Counted from the first letter of the stretch, positions 27,502 through 39,181 are shown. The stretch is DNA of 64,000 nt from Bacteroidales bacterium UBA1794 (GCA_002315435.1 DCFW01000005.1:50347-114346); one strand, 5' to 3'. Made by a program: numbers and translations. Notes: generated by a model from the letters alone, not told the origin.

Positions 27502-27628
27502 CCATTGATTTTTCTGAAACAATTATAGCAAAAGAACTTTTAACCTTCGTAAAACTTAAGTTTAACCATTGATAAACTTAAGTTTTACGAAGGTTAAATT
27601 TAAGTTTAACAAAGGTAAAACATAAAAG
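27502..27628 (+). repeat. Intergenic repeat element copy R1 (AAACTTAAGTTT-module array with a perfect 26-bp hairpin)
   Basis: 27539-27564 is the exact reverse complement of 27573-27598 (8-nt loop). 27600-27625 matches 45655-45680 at 25/26 in direct orientation. 27597-27621 is the exact reverse complement of 45615-45639. The leader TTGATTTTTCT (27505-27515) is shared with 45582-45592. Confidence 0.8.
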
Positions 27629-27701
27629 CCAAATAATTGAGTTCATGTAAACCATTGAATGTGTTGATGTTTTGCCTGTTATTTGCAGAAACATAGTTCT
27701 T

Positions 27702-27737
27702 GTTCGCCGAAGAGGATCATCAAAACCTTTTCGGCGA
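27702..27737 (+). promoter_or_regulatory. 13-bp GC-containing hairpin 60 nt upstream of rnhB, function unknown
   Basis: 27702-27714 TTCGCCGAAGAGG pairs with 27725-27737 CCTTTTCGGCGAA (one G-U pair, 10-nt loop). No T-run follows. Confidence 0.4.
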
Positions 27738-27798
27738 ATAATATTTATCAGATGTGTTGGTTGATATATTCCTTATTCCTAATTTTGTCATAAAAAAG

Positions 27799-28407
27799 AT
27801 GTTGTTACCTTATCTGAATAAAGATTTAGTTGAGGCCGGATGTGATGAGGCCGGCAGAGGATGTCTGGCCGGTTCGGTATACGCTGCAGCAGTTATATTG
27901 CCTAAAGACTTTAAGAATGAATTATTGAATGATTCCAAACAACTTACCGAGAAGCAGAGATATGGATTGCGGGAAGTTATTTTAAAAGAAGCTTTGGCAT
28001 GGGCAGTGGGAGTGGTTTCTTCTGAAGAAATAGACGATATAAATATACTGAACGCAAGTATTCTGGCAATGCATCGTGCGGTAGATCAATTAAAGATGCG
28101 TCCCGAATTCCTTTTGATAGATGGCAACCGCTTCAAGCCTTATAAAGAGGTTCCTCATCAAACGATTGTTAAAGGTGATGGCAAATACATGTCAATTGCG
28201 GCCGCAAGTATCTTGGCGAAAACTTATCGAGATGATTACATGAAGGAGCTGGATAAGTTGCATCCCCAATACGATTGGAAAAACAATAAAGGGTATCCTA
28301 CAAAGAAGCATCGCGAAGCCATTCGTCAATACGGAACAACGGAGGTGCATCGTATGACATTCAATTTATTGGGAGATAAGCAGCTGAAACTGCCCTTTGA
28401 TCATTAA
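27799..28407 (+). CDS. rnhB: Ribonuclease HII
   Basis: 202 aa from ATG 27799. Active-site motif [14 protein letters not shown]. The track start at 27754 is GTG and adds 15 non-conserved-looking residues. Confidence 0.9.
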   Translation: MLLPYLNKDLVEAGCDEAGRGCLAGSVYAAAVILPKDFKNELLNDSKQLTEKQRYGLREVILKEALAWAVGVVSSEEIDDINILNASILAMHRAVDQLKMRPEFLLIDGNRFKPYKEVPHQTIVKGDGKYMSIAAASILAKTYRDDYMKELDKLHPQYDWKNNKGYPTKKHREAIRQYGTTEVHRMTFNLLGDKQLKLPFDH

Positions 28408-28408
28408 C

Positions 28409-29335
28409 TTAAAACCATCGAATCTTCTTGAGAATGATAAAGGCTAGAGCCGATAATCCTAAAGCGAAAAAGCAGACAATGGTAAATCCGTTTGTCACTT
28501 GTTCAAAATGATTCCTTACATTCATCCCATATAAACTGGCAATTAACGTAGGGATCATCAATATAAGTGATACACTGGTCATACGTTTCATGATGGTGTT
28601 TACGTTGTTTGAAATGATAGAACCCAACGCATTCATCGTACTATTTAAAATGTCGGTGTATATGTTTACGGTATTATGAGCTTGTCGAGTCTCTGTTTCA
28701 ACATCTTCAAGTAAATCCATATCTATATATTTCGGCTCGCGAAAGATTGTTCGCAATTTACTCATCACCACTTCATTTCCACGTATACTGGTGTTGAAGA
28801 AGACTAAGCTTTGATCCAGTTTCATCAAACTAAGCAAATCTTCATTACGGATACTGCTGTTGAATTCCTTTTGAGCTTTAATAATCTGATTGTTGATTTG
28901 CTTTAGATACTTAAGGAACCATACGGCAGACGAAAGGAAGAATCGAAGTATGAGGTCACTTTCATTACGTATCTCAATGTTTTTGCGTTGAGAGAAAAGA
29001 ATGAAGTCCGGTATCATTTCTGTTTCATAATAGCATACCGAGATGATAATGTCTTTGCGTGATATCACGCCTAAAGGCACTGTCACAAAAGGAGTATCAC
29101 GGATCTTACTAATAATAGGTATACGGATGATAGTCAACAACCATCCATCTTCAAGGTCGGTACGAGGTCGCTCATCCACATCGGATATATCATTGAGAAA
29201 GGACTCCGGTACGCCAATCACATCAGTTAAATATTTAAAATCTTCTGCGTCGGGACATACTACATTGATCCAACAGTCTTTATTACTCTCTTCTGCCTCA
29301 ATGAAACCTTTGCTGCATATTAAGAACTTCCTCAT
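28409..29335 (-). CDS. corA: CorA-family magnesium/cobalt transporter
   Basis: 308 aa from ATG 29335. Two C-terminal TM helices flank the YGMNV signature. The track start at 29359 adds 8 residues. Confidence 0.85.
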   Translation of the reverse strand: MRKFLICSKGFIEAEESNKDCWINVVCPDAEDFKYLTDVIGVPESFLNDISDVDERPRTDLEDGWLLTIIRIPIISKIRDTPFVTVPLGVISRKDIIISVCYYETEMIPDFILFSQRKNIEIRNESDLILRFFLSSAVWFLKYLKQINNQIIKAQKEFNSSIRNEDLLSLMKLDQSLVFFNTSIRGNEVVMSKLRTIFREPKYIDMDLLEDVETETRQAHNTVNIYTDILNSTMNALGSIISNNVNTIMKRMTSVSLILMIPTLIASLYGMNVRNHFEQVTNGFTIVCFFALGLSALAFIILKKIRWF

Positions 29336-29409
29336 ACAATCTCTCCTTTCATTCTGCAAAAGTACTTAAATCATCTATAAAATGATTCTATTTCATGTAA
29401 AGTTTTTTG

Positions 29410-29417
29410 TAACTTTG
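29410..29417 (+). promoter_or_regulatory. Bacteroides-type -7 box (TAACTTTG)
   Basis: TAnnTTTG match 42 nt upstream of the gpmI ATG. Confidence 0.45.
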
Positions 29418-29459
29418 CGACGAAAATAAGAACGGAAATAAATTTAATTATAAAATATT

Positions 29460-30974
29460 ATGGCAAAGAAAGCGCTTTTAATGATTCTTGATGGTTGGGG
29501 ACTTGGCGACCACAAGAAAGATGATGTCATTTTTAATACTCCCACTCCTTATATTGATTATCTGAATAAAACCTATCCTCACTCTCATTTGTATGCATGT
29601 GGCGAAGATGTTGGATTGCCTGAAGGACAGATGGGCAACTCAGAAGTAGGACATTTGAATATAGGTGCAGGAAGAATTGTTTTTCAGGATTTGGTGAAGA
29701 TTAATCGCGCATGTGCTGATAACAGCATTCTAAAGAATAAAGAGATTGTATCGGCATACTCTTATGCAAAAGAAAATAATAAATCAATTCATCTAATGGG
29801 ATTGACTTCTGATGGTGGTGTTCACAGCTCAATGGACCATTTATATAAATTAATTGAAATATCAAAGGAATACGGCGTAAGCAATACCTTTGTTCATTGC
29901 TTTATGGATGGTCGTGATACAGACCCTAAGAGTGGTGCAGGCTTCATTAAAGATTTGGATGCACATTGTGCAAAGAATAATGCAAAGGTTGCTTCAATCA
30001 TTGGACGCTACTATGCAATGGATCGCGATAAACGTTGGAATCGTGTGAAAGAGGCTTATGATTTATTGGTGAACGGCACAGGTAATAAAGTAACTGATAT
30101 GGCTAAAGCTGTTGAAGATTCTTATGCTGATGGTGTGACTGATGAATTTATCAAGCCTATTGTCAATGCTTCTGCAGACGGAGTTATTAAAGAAGGTGAT
30201 GTAGTTATCTTCTTCAATTATCGTAATGACCGTGCCAAAGAATTGACAACCGTGTTGACTCAACAGGATATGCCTGAAGAGGGAATGCATACTGTTTCGG
30301 GATTACAATTCTATTGCATGACTCCTTATGATGCATCTTTTAAGGGTGTGCACATTCTTTTTGATAAAGATAATGTATCAAACACTTTGGGTGAGTTTGT
30401 TTCTTCAAAAGGATTGAAACAGTTGCACATTGCCGAGACAGAGAAATATGCTCATGTAACATTCTTCTTCAATGGTGGACGCGAGAAACCTTATGAAGGT
30501 GAAGATCGTATTTTGGTGCCTTCTCCAAGAGTTGCTACCTATGATTTGAAACCCGAAATGAGTGCATATGAAGTGAAGGATAAGTTGGTTGAGGCTATCA
30601 AAGAAGACAAATATAATTTCATTGTTGTCAACTTCGCTAATGGCGATATGGTTGGACATACCGGTATCTATGAGGCTATTGAGAAAGCAATTGTTGCAGT
30701 TGATTCATGTGTGAAAGATGTGATTACTGCTGCAAAAGAAACAGGCTACGAGGCTATTATTATTGCTGATCATGGAAATGCAGACCATGCAGTAAATGCA
30801 GACGGTTCTCCAAATACAGCTCACTCATTGAATCCGGTTCCTTGCATCTATGTGACAGAAAACAAAGAGGCAAAGATGGAAAATGGTCGTTTGGCAGATG
30901 TTGCTCCATCCTTATTACATATCATGGGATTGCAACAACCTGAAGAAATGACAGGAAATGTGTTGATGAAATAA
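29460..30974 (+). CDS. gpmI: 2,3-bisphosphoglycerate-independent phosphoglycerate mutase
   Basis: 504 aa. The N-terminal LMILDGWG, the catalytic Ser region [14 protein letters not shown], and the C-terminal ADHGNA are typical of iPGM. Confidence 0.95.
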   Translation: MAKKALLMILDGWGLGDHKKDDVIFNTPTPYIDYLNKTYPHSHLYACGEDVGLPEGQMGNSEVGHLNIGAGRIVFQDLVKINRACADNSILKNKEIVSAYSYAKENNKSIHLMGLTSDGGVHSSMDHLYKLIEISKEYGVSNTFVHCFMDGRDTDPKSGAGFIKDLDAHCAKNNAKVASIIGRYYAMDRDKRWNRVKEAYDLLVNGTGNKVTDMAKAVEDSYADGVTDEFIKPIVNASADGVIKEGDVVIFFNYRNDRAKELTTVLTQQDMPEEGMHTVSGLQFYCMTPYDASFKGVHILFDKDNVSNTLGEFVSSKGLKQLHIAETEKYAHVTFFFNGGREKPYEGEDRILVPSPRVATYDLKPEMSAYEVKDKLVEAIKEDKYNFIVVNFANGDMVGHTGIYEAIEKAIVAVDSCVKDVITAAKETGYEAIIIADHGNADHAVNADGSPNTAHSLNPVPCIYVTENKEAKMENGRLADVAPSLLHIMGLQQPEEMTGNVLMK

Positions 30975-30997
30975 TACTGACAAATTAAATAATAGAT

Positions 30998-31031
30998 AAA
31001 GAGCTGCGGATGCATATCTGTAGCTCTTTTT
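30998..31031 (+). terminator. Intrinsic terminator after gpmI
   Basis: 30998-31007 pairs with 31020-31029 (10 bp, one G-U pair, 12-nt loop). The 3' arm runs into TTTTT at 31027-31031. Confidence 0.7.
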
Positions 31032-31045
31032 AGGTAAATAAAGTA

Positions 31046-31627
31046 ATGATACAAATAGGTAATGTCTTAGTAGGCTTAGACATCTTCAAAGAGAAGTTTT
31101 GTTGCGATTTATCAGACTGTAAAGGTGCGTGCTGTATAGAAGGCGATGCCGGTGCTCCATTGACCGGAGACGAAAAGAAGGAAATAGAAACCGTATTGCC
31201 TGAAGTGGTTGATGATTTGTCGCCCGAAGCACAGTCGGTGATAAAGAAGTGTGGTGTGAGCTATTATGATATTGATGGTGAACTGGTCACGTCTATCGTT
31301 AATGGGAAGGACTGTGTTTTTACTTGTTATGATCATTCGGGCTGTTGTTTTTGCGCATTGGAAACAGCTCATCGCAAAGGTAAAATATCTTTCTTCAAAC
31401 CTATATCGTGTTATCTTTATCCGATAAGAGTGACGGAACATCCTCATTTTATAGCATTGAATTATCATCGCTGGTCGGTATGCAAAGCTGCTATAATAAA
31501 AGGAGAGAAAAAGAACGTCCCGTTATATATATTTTTAAAAGAACCATTAATCCGTAAATTTGGGAAAGAATGGTATGATGAATTACTAGAGGTGGCAACC
31601 GAACTGAAAGAACAAAAATATATATGA
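31046..31627 (+). CDS. DUF3109-like Cys-rich protein
   Basis: 193 aa with the Cys clusters CCDLSDCKGACC and CFCALE. The family name is recalled from Bacteroides annotations and was not searched. Confidence 0.6.
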   Translation: MIQIGNVLVGLDIFKEKFCCDLSDCKGACCIEGDAGAPLTGDEKKEIETVLPEVVDDLSPEAQSVIKKCGVSYYDIDGELVTSIVNGKDCVFTCYDHSGCCFCALETAHRKGKISFFKPISCYLYPIRVTEHPHFIALNYHRWSVCKAAIIKGEKKNVPLYIFLKEPLIRKFGKEWYDELLEVATELKEQKYI

Positions 31628-31723
31628 TGATTATAGGAGGTACTGTGGGTGAAATAACTGACTAAAAACCTGCTAATGAATGATAATTTGTTATGTATTT
31701 TTTGATTATTGAAAGAATAACAC

Positions 31724-31731
31724 TAATTTTG
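31724..31731 (+). promoter_or_regulatory. Bacteroides-type -7 box (TAATTTTG)
   Basis: TAnnTTTG match 54 nt upstream of the tig ATG. Confidence 0.4.
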
Positions 31732-31785
31732 CCAACTCTTTGCTGAGAAAGAAATAATAATAATAAATAAATAAAAACTGTCAGA

Positions 31786-33132
31786 ATGAACGTTTCGTTG
31801 CAAAACATTGACAAGGTGAACGCATTGCTCACCGTAAAGCTTGAGAAAGCTGATTATCAAACTCAAGTTGAGAAATCTTTGAAGAAGTTTCGCCAACAGG
31901 CTAAAGTTCCTGGATTTCGTCCTGGTATGGTACCAATGGGACTTGTACAAAAGATGTATGGAAAGTCTGTAAAGGCTGAAGAGGTGAACAAAGTATTATC
32001 TGATAAAATATATAGCTACATCAAAGAGCAGGATTTGAAAGTTTTGGGTGAACCATTGCCTAATGAAGAAAAACAGGCTAAGTTGGATTTTGATACTCAG
32101 GATGATTTTGAGTTTGTATTTAATTTAGCTCTTGCTCCTGAGTTTAAAGCTGAGGTATCAAAAAAAGATAAGATTGATTACTATAATATAGAGGTTACTG
32201 ACGACATGATTACACGTCAAATTGACACATATCGTCAACGTGCCGGAAAATATGACAAAGTAGACGTATATCAAGATAAAGATATGCTGAAAGGTCAGCT
32301 TACAGAGCAAGGCGTTGAAGGCGGTATCTCTATTGAAGGTTGTGTTATTATGCCTGCTTATTTCAAAGCAGAAGACCAAAAAGCTTTATTCAATGAGGCT
32401 AAAGTTGGTGATGTTATAACATTTAATCCATACAAAGCATATGAAGGAGCTGAACCTCAATTGTCAAATATGTTGAAGATTGAGAAAGAGGCTGTAAAAG
32501 ATCACCAAGGTGACTTTACTCTTCAACTTGAAGAGATTACTCGTTTTAATATGGCTGATTTGAGTCAAGAAATTTATGATCAAGTTTATGACGCAGGCAC
32601 TGTTAAGACAGAAGAAGAATTCCGTGCTAAGGTAAAGGAAAGTCTGGCAGAGCAATTCGTTAACGACAGTAATTACAAATTCAGTGTTGATGCTCGTGAC
32701 TATATTCTTCAAAAAGTAGGTAAGATAGAATTCCCAGATGCTTTGTTGAAGAAAATGATGAAGATCAATAATCCTGATAAAGATGATAAATTCATTGAGG
32801 ATAACTATGAGGAAAGTATTAAAGGCTTGACATGGACCATGGCAAAAGAGCAATTTATGACAACTTATGGTATAGAAATTAAGAATGAAGATATTGAAGC
32901 TGTGGCTAGAGAAGTAACACGTGCTCAGTTTGCACAATATGGAATGTTGAATGTTCCTGATGAACTATTGAACAATTATGTCCAAGAAATGTTGAAGAAA
33001 CAAGATCAGGCACAGAATTTGTTCTATCGTGCTCAGGAAGAGAAGCTATCTGTTGCGCTCAAAGATAAAGTGACACTTAATGAAAAGCCAATCACTATTG
33101 ATGAGTTCAATAAGCTTTTTGATCAACAATAA
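31786..33132 (+). CDS. tig: Trigger factor
   Basis: 448 aa. The N-terminal ribosome-binding motif GFRPGMVP is present, and the gene sits upstream of clpP-clpX. Confidence 0.9.
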   Translation: MNVSLQNIDKVNALLTVKLEKADYQTQVEKSLKKFRQQAKVPGFRPGMVPMGLVQKMYGKSVKAEEVNKVLSDKIYSYIKEQDLKVLGEPLPNEEKQAKLDFDTQDDFEFVFNLALAPEFKAEVSKKDKIDYYNIEVTDDMITRQIDTYRQRAGKYDKVDVYQDKDMLKGQLTEQGVEGGISIEGCVIMPAYFKAEDQKALFNEAKVGDVITFNPYKAYEGAEPQLSNMLKIEKEAVKDHQGDFTLQLEEITRFNMADLSQEIYDQVYDAGTVKTEEEFRAKVKESLAEQFVNDSNYKFSVDARDYILQKVGKIEFPDALLKKMMKINNPDKDDKFIEDNYEESIKGLTWTMAKEQFMTTYGIEIKNEDIEAVAREVTRAQFAQYGMLNVPDELLNNYVQEMLKKQDQAQNLFYRAQEEKLSVALKDKVTLNEKPITIDEFNKLFDQQ

Positions 33133-33154
33133 TATTAATTAAAGAGCTTTTAAG

Positions 33155-33184
33155 AAAAGAAGGCCGAATAAGCCTTCTTTTTTT
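33155..33184 (+). terminator. Intrinsic terminator (or attenuator) between tig and clpP
   Basis: AAGAAGGC (33157-33164) pairs with GCCTTCTT (33172-33179), with a 7-nt loop. A T-run extends to 33184. Confidence 0.75.
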
Positions 33185-33205
33185 AACTCAACAAAGGTGT
33201 TAATT

Positions 33206-33880
33206 ATGAATGATTTTAGAAATTTTGCGACCAAGCATCTCGGTATGAATGGCTTGGCTTTTGATGAAGTAACTAAGGATCAAGCAGGATACTTGAACCC
33301 TTATATCTTGGAAGAAAGACAGTTAAATGTTACTCAACTTGATGTGTTCTCTCGTTTGATGATGGATCGCATAATCTTTTTGGGTACACAAGTTGACGAC
33401 TATACGGCTAATGTGCTTCAGGCACAATTACTTTATCTTGATTCAGTGGATCCGGGAAAAGATATTTCTATTTACATCAATTCTCCTGGAGGATCCGTTA
33501 CTGCAGGATTAGGCATCTACGACACTATGCAATTTATATCTAGCGATGTAGCTACGATTTGTACAGGAATGGCTGCTTCAATGGCTGCGGTATTATTGGT
33601 AGCAGGTGCGGAAGGAAAACGTTCTGCTTTGCCTCATTCACGCGTAATGATTCATCAGCCGATGGGAGGTATTCAAGGTCAAGCTTCGGATATTGAAATT
33701 ACAGCTCGTGAGATTCAAAAGACCAAGGAAGAACTTTACCACATCATATCTGATCACTCTCATCAACCTTATGAAAAGGTTTATGCTGATTCAGATCGTG
33801 ATTATTGGATGACAGCACAAGTAGCAAAAGATTATGGCATGATTGATAAAGTGCTTGAACGTAAGCCCATAAGTGAATAA
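33206..33880 (+). CDS. clpP: ATP-dependent Clp protease proteolytic subunit
   Basis: 224 aa from ATG 33206. Catalytic Ser region GMAASMAA, catalytic His region MIHQPMGG, and the conserved INSPGGSVTAG segment. Confidence 0.95.
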   Translation: MNDFRNFATKHLGMNGLAFDEVTKDQAGYLNPYILEERQLNVTQLDVFSRLMMDRIIFLGTQVDDYTANVLQAQLLYLDSVDPGKDISIYINSPGGSVTAGLGIYDTMQFISSDVATICTGMAASMAAVLLVAGAEGKRSALPHSRVMIHQPMGGIQGQASDIEITAREIQKTKEELYHIISDHSHQPYEKVYADSDRDYWMTAQVAKDYGMIDKVLERKPISE

Positions 33881-33897
33881 TTTAAAAGGATTTAGTT

Positions 33898-35145
33898 TTG
33901 GATAATAAATCAAAAGATAAGCGTCGTTGCAGTTTTTGCGGACGAGATGAAAGTGATGTTAATTTCCTGATTACAGGAGTTAATGGGTTCATTTGTGACA
34001 CATGCGCTGCCCAAGCTTATGAGATATCTCAGGAAGCGATGGGAGGAGCAAAATCAAAGGGTGGTGTCAAAGCTCTGGACAGATCGCAACTACCTAAGCC
34101 GACAGACATTAAAACCTTTTTGGATGAATATGTCATCGGTCAGGATGACGCCAAACGTTATTTGGCTGTATCGGTCTATAATCATTACAAAAGGCTTTTG
34201 CAGGAAGATCACGGTGATGACGTAGAGATTGAAAAATCCAATATAATTATGGTTGGTAGTACAGGTACGGGTAAAACTCTTTTGGCAAGGACTATTGCAA
34301 AACTGTTGAATGTTCCTTTTACTATTGTTGATGCAACAGTACTTACTGAAGCCGGATATGTTGGTGAAGATATTGAAAGTATTTTAACTCGTTTACTACA
34401 GGTTGCAGACTATAACGTGGCTGAAGCTGAAAGAGGAATTGTGTTTATTGATGAAATAGATAAAATTGCCCGTAAAGGTGATAATCCTTCCATAACTCGT
34501 GATGTAAGTGGCGAGGGAGTTCAGCAAGGTCTATTGAAACTACTTGAAGGTTCTATTGTGAATGTTCCCCCCCAAGGAGGACGTAAGCATCCCGACCAGA
34601 AAATGATTCCTGTTAATACCAAGAATGTGTTATTCATTTGTGGCGGTGCTTTTGATGGGATAGAGCGGAAGATCGCTCAGAGACTTAATACACATGTTGT
34701 AGGGTATACGGCTTCACAAGAGTCGGCTCACGTTGATCGAAATAATCTGATGCAATACATTGCACCTCAGGACTTGAAATCGTTTGGCTTAATACCTGAA
34801 ATCATTGGACGTTTGCCTGTTTTGACATATTTAAATCCATTAGATCCTAAGGCATTACGTGCAATTTTGACAGAACCGAAGAACTCAATCATAAAGCAGT
34901 ATATTAAACTATTTGAAATGGATAACATCAAGTTGTCTTTTGAAGATGATGTCTTTGATTATATTGTTGGCAAAGCTGTTGAGTTCAAGTTAGGAGCTCG
35001 AGGATTGCGCTCAATCGTTGAGACTATAATGATGGATGTGATGTTTGAGTTGCCTTCTCAAAGTAAAAAGACATACAAAGTGACATTGGCTTACGCCAAA
35101 GAACAATTGAGTAAGGCAAATATCGCCAAGCTTGAATCTGCGTAA
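33898..35145 (+). CDS. clpX: ATP-dependent Clp protease ATP-binding subunit ClpX
   Basis: 415 aa. Zinc-finger CSFCGR...CDTC, Walker A GSTGTGKT and Walker B FIDEIDK. The only in-frame start after the upstream stop at 33883-33885 is TTG 33898. Confidence 0.95.
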   Translation: MDNKSKDKRRCSFCGRDESDVNFLITGVNGFICDTCAAQAYEISQEAMGGAKSKGGVKALDRSQLPKPTDIKTFLDEYVIGQDDAKRYLAVSVYNHYKRLLQEDHGDDVEIEKSNIIMVGSTGTGKTLLARTIAKLLNVPFTIVDATVLTEAGYVGEDIESILTRLLQVADYNVAEAERGIVFIDEIDKIARKGDNPSITRDVSGEGVQQGLLKLLEGSIVNVPPQGGRKHPDQKMIPVNTKNVLFICGGAFDGIERKIAQRLNTHVVGYTASQESAHVDRNNLMQYIAPQDLKSFGLIPEIIGRLPVLTYLNPLDPKALRAILTEPKNSIIKQYIKLFEMDNIKLSFEDDVFDYIVGKAVEFKLGARGLRSIVETIMMDVMFELPSQSKKTYKVTLAYAKEQLSKANIAKLESA

Positions 35146-35238
35146 AATTCAAAGAGAACTTAGGATAAATATTATGTTTTTTTCTATTTTGGCTTGAAAA
35201 ATATGGGTAAAAAGTTGTTTTATATAGTAAGTTGTTTA

Positions 35239-35246
35239 TAACTTTG
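35239..35246 (+). promoter_or_regulatory. Bacteroides-type -7 box (TAACTTTG)
   Basis: TAnnTTTG match 68 nt upstream of the recQ ATG. Confidence 0.35.
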
Positions 35247-35314
35247 TTTGCTGAGGAAAAGTAATTCGTTTTAGGTGTGTATTTATTTTTTCGAAGCCTA
35301 ACAAATAGAGAACA

Positions 35315-37489
35315 ATGACAGAAATTAATTTATCAAAAGAATTAAAGAAGTTCTTTGGGTTTGACCGATTCAAAGGAAATCAGGAGGCGATTATTCGTAA
35401 CCTACTTGATGGCAATGATACTTTCGTATTGATGCCGACTGGTGGGGGAAAATCTTTATGCTATCAGCTGCCTTCACTTATAATGGATGGTACTGCTATT
35501 GTTATCTCTCCGTTAATAGCTTTGATGAAGAATCAAGTGGATGCGATGAGGAACTATAGTGAAGATGATGGCGTGGCACATTTTATTAATTCATCTTTAA
35601 GCAAGGCTTCAATTGATCAGGTGAAGTGCGATATACATTCGGGGAAAACAAAACTTTTGTATGTGGCTCCCGAATCTCTAACCAAACCAGAGTATGTAGA
35701 TTTTTTGAAAGATGAAAATATATCTTTTTACGCGATAGATGAGGCTCATTGTATTTCCGAATGGGGGCACGATTTCCGTCCCGAATATCGTCGCATTCGT
35801 CCTATTATCAATGAAATAGGTACGGCTCCGGTTATAGCATTGACAGCAACTGCTACTCCTAAAGTGCAACATGATATTCAGAAAAATTTAGGAATGATAA
35901 ATTCAAAGATCTATAAATCTTCGTTTAACAGACCCAATCTTTATTATGAGATACGTCCAAAGACGAAAGATGTAGATCGAGATATTCTTAAATTTATTAA
36001 AGCAAATGAAGGAAAGTCCGGTATTATATATTGTTTAAGTCGTAGGAAGGTTGAGGAATTAACTCAATTCTTGAAGGTAAATGGTGTAAATGCTGCGTAT
36101 TATCATGCAGGTTTACCATCAGAAGCTCGGTCTTCAACGCAAGACGATTTCTTGATGGAAAAGATTGAAGTGATAATAGCTACCATCGCTTTCGGAATGG
36201 GTATAGATAAACCCGATGTCCGCTATGTTATTCATTATGATATCCCTAAAAGTTTAGAAGGATATTATCAAGAAACAGGACGTGCAGGACGTGATGGTGG
36301 CGAAGGTGTATGCCTTACATTTTATTCAAGAAAAGACCTTGAAAAGCTTGAAAAGTTTATGCAAGGAAAACCTGTGGCAGAACAGGAAATAGGCAAGCAG
36401 CTACTGCAAGAAACGGCTGCTTATGCTGAATCTTCTATATGTAGGAGGAAATCTCTACTTCACTATTTTGGTGAAGATTACAAAGAAGAAAATTGTGGTA
36501 ATTGTGACAATTGTTTAAATCCAAAAAAGCAGGTGGAAGCTCAAGATTTATTGTGTACCGTTATAGAAACGATATTAGATGTAAAAGAAAATTTTAAATC
36601 AGATTATATTATAGATATTTTGCAAGGTAGAGAAACTTCTGAAATATTGGCCCATCATCATGAAGAATTAGATGTTTTTGGGACAGGAAAAGAAGAAGAA
36701 AAGTTATGGAATGCCGTAATAAATCAAGCTTTAATTGCAGGATATCTAACAAAAGATGTAGAAAATTATGGCTTACTAAAAGTTACAGAAGAAGGGCGAA
36801 AGTTCTATAAACTCCCTAAGTCGTTTAAAATTGTAGAAGATAAAGATTTTGAGGATGAGGAAGATGAAGCTCCAATTCATGGAGGGGCATCGTGCGCTGT
36901 AGACCCGGCTTTATACTCGATGTTAAAGGACTTACGTAAAAAAATGTCTAAAAGTTTGGGGGTTCCGCCTTATGTGATTTTTCAGGATCCTTCACTTGAA
37001 GCAATGGCTACAATCTATCCAATAACGATGGATGAACTCCAGAATATTCCTGGTGTTGGTGCTGGAAAGGCGAAACGTTATGGGAAAGAGTTCTGTGAAT
37101 TAATAAGGCAGCATTGTAGCGAGAACGAAATAGAACGTCCTGAAGATATGCGGGTCAGAACTGTTGCCAATAAGTCTAAGCAGAAAGTCTCAATCATTCA
37201 GAGCATAGATAGGCAGGTCGCATTAGATGATATAGCTGTCTCAAAAGGAATGGAATTTAATGAATTACTCGATGAAATAGAGTCTATAGTTTATTCAGGA
37301 ACTAAGTTAAACATAGATTATTTTCTTAGTGATATTATGGATGAAGATCATATGCTTGATATATATGATTATTTCAAAGAGTCGGAAACTGATAGATTAG
37401 ATGAGGCTATAGAAGAACTTGGCGAAGATTATACCGAAGACGAGATTCGTTTGGTGCGTATTAAGTTCATATCAGATATGGCTAATTAA
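35315..37489 (+). CDS. recQ: ATP-dependent DNA helicase RecQ
   Basis: 724 aa. Helicase motifs MPTGGGKSLCYQLP and DEAHCISEWGHDFRP, the RecQ zinc-binding Cys cluster (CRRK...CGNCDNC), and a C-terminal HRDC-like region. Confidence 0.95.
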   Translation: MTEINLSKELKKFFGFDRFKGNQEAIIRNLLDGNDTFVLMPTGGGKSLCYQLPSLIMDGTAIVISPLIALMKNQVDAMRNYSEDDGVAHFINSSLSKASIDQVKCDIHSGKTKLLYVAPESLTKPEYVDFLKDENISFYAIDEAHCISEWGHDFRPEYRRIRPIINEIGTAPVIALTATATPKVQHDIQKNLGMINSKIYKSSFNRPNLYYEIRPKTKDVDRDILKFIKANEGKSGIIYCLSRRKVEELTQFLKVNGVNAAYYHAGLPSEARSSTQDDFLMEKIEVIIATIAFGMGIDKPDVRYVIHYDIPKSLEGYYQETGRAGRDGGEGVCLTFYSRKDLEKLEKFMQGKPVAEQEIGKQLLQETAAYAESSICRRKSLLHYFGEDYKEENCGNCDNCLNPKKQVEAQDLLCTVIETILDVKENFKSDYIIDILQGRETSEILAHHHEELDVFGTGKEEEKLWNAVINQALIAGYLTKDVENYGLLKVTEEGRKFYKLPKSFKIVEDKDFEDEEDEAPIHGGASCAVDPALYSMLKDLRKKMSKSLGVPPYVIFQDPSLEAMATIYPITMDELQNIPGVGAGKAKRYGKEFCELIRQHCSENEIERPEDMRVRTVANKSKQKVSIIQSIDRQVALDDIAVSKGMEFNELLDEIESIVYSGTKLNIDYFLSDIMDEDHMLDIYDYFKESETDRLDEAIEELGEDYTEDEIRLVRIKFISDMAN

Positions 37490-37508
37490 AGGAATAATTC
37501 TTTTGTAA

Positions 37509-37545
37509 AAGGATGTGTTAATAATGACACATCCTTATTCTTTTT
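37509..37545 (+). terminator. Intrinsic terminator after recQ
   Basis: AAGGATGTGT (37509-37518) pairs with ACACATCCTT (37527-37536), a perfect 10 bp. ATTCTTTTT follows. Confidence 0.8.
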
Positions 37546-37580
37546 ATTAATAAAGCATTAATAACCTATAAAAGTGGTAA

Positions 37581-39125
<1,545 letters not shown>

Positions 39126-39146
39126 AAACGAAAATATAAATTACTG

Positions 39147-39181
39147 AAAAACAGGGACAGAATAATGTTCCTGTTTTTTTT
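39147..39181 (+). terminator. Intrinsic terminator after guaB
   Basis: ACAGGGAC (39151-39158) pairs with GTTCCTGT (39167-39174), with one G-U pair. It has an A-run upstream and a T7-8 run downstream. Confidence 0.8.

Noticed and set aside
27505-27529. TTGATT...TATAG in the leaders of R1 and R2 as a sigma-70-like -35/-10 promoter for a small RNA.
   Set aside because: The spacing is 13 nt in R1 and 11 nt in R2, far from 17 nt. Neither matches the Bacteroides TTTG/TAnnTTTG consensus. No promoter is claimed.
32464-32937. 157-aa minus-strand ORF inside tig. Similar cases are 58610-59026 (138 aa), 31112-31468, 21042-21416 and the other short antisense ORFs in the track.
   Set aside because: All are embedded antisense in confidently identified genes, have no motifs, and are rich in the Phe/Ile/Leu/Asn codons expected from the reverse complement of Lys/Glu-rich coding sequence.
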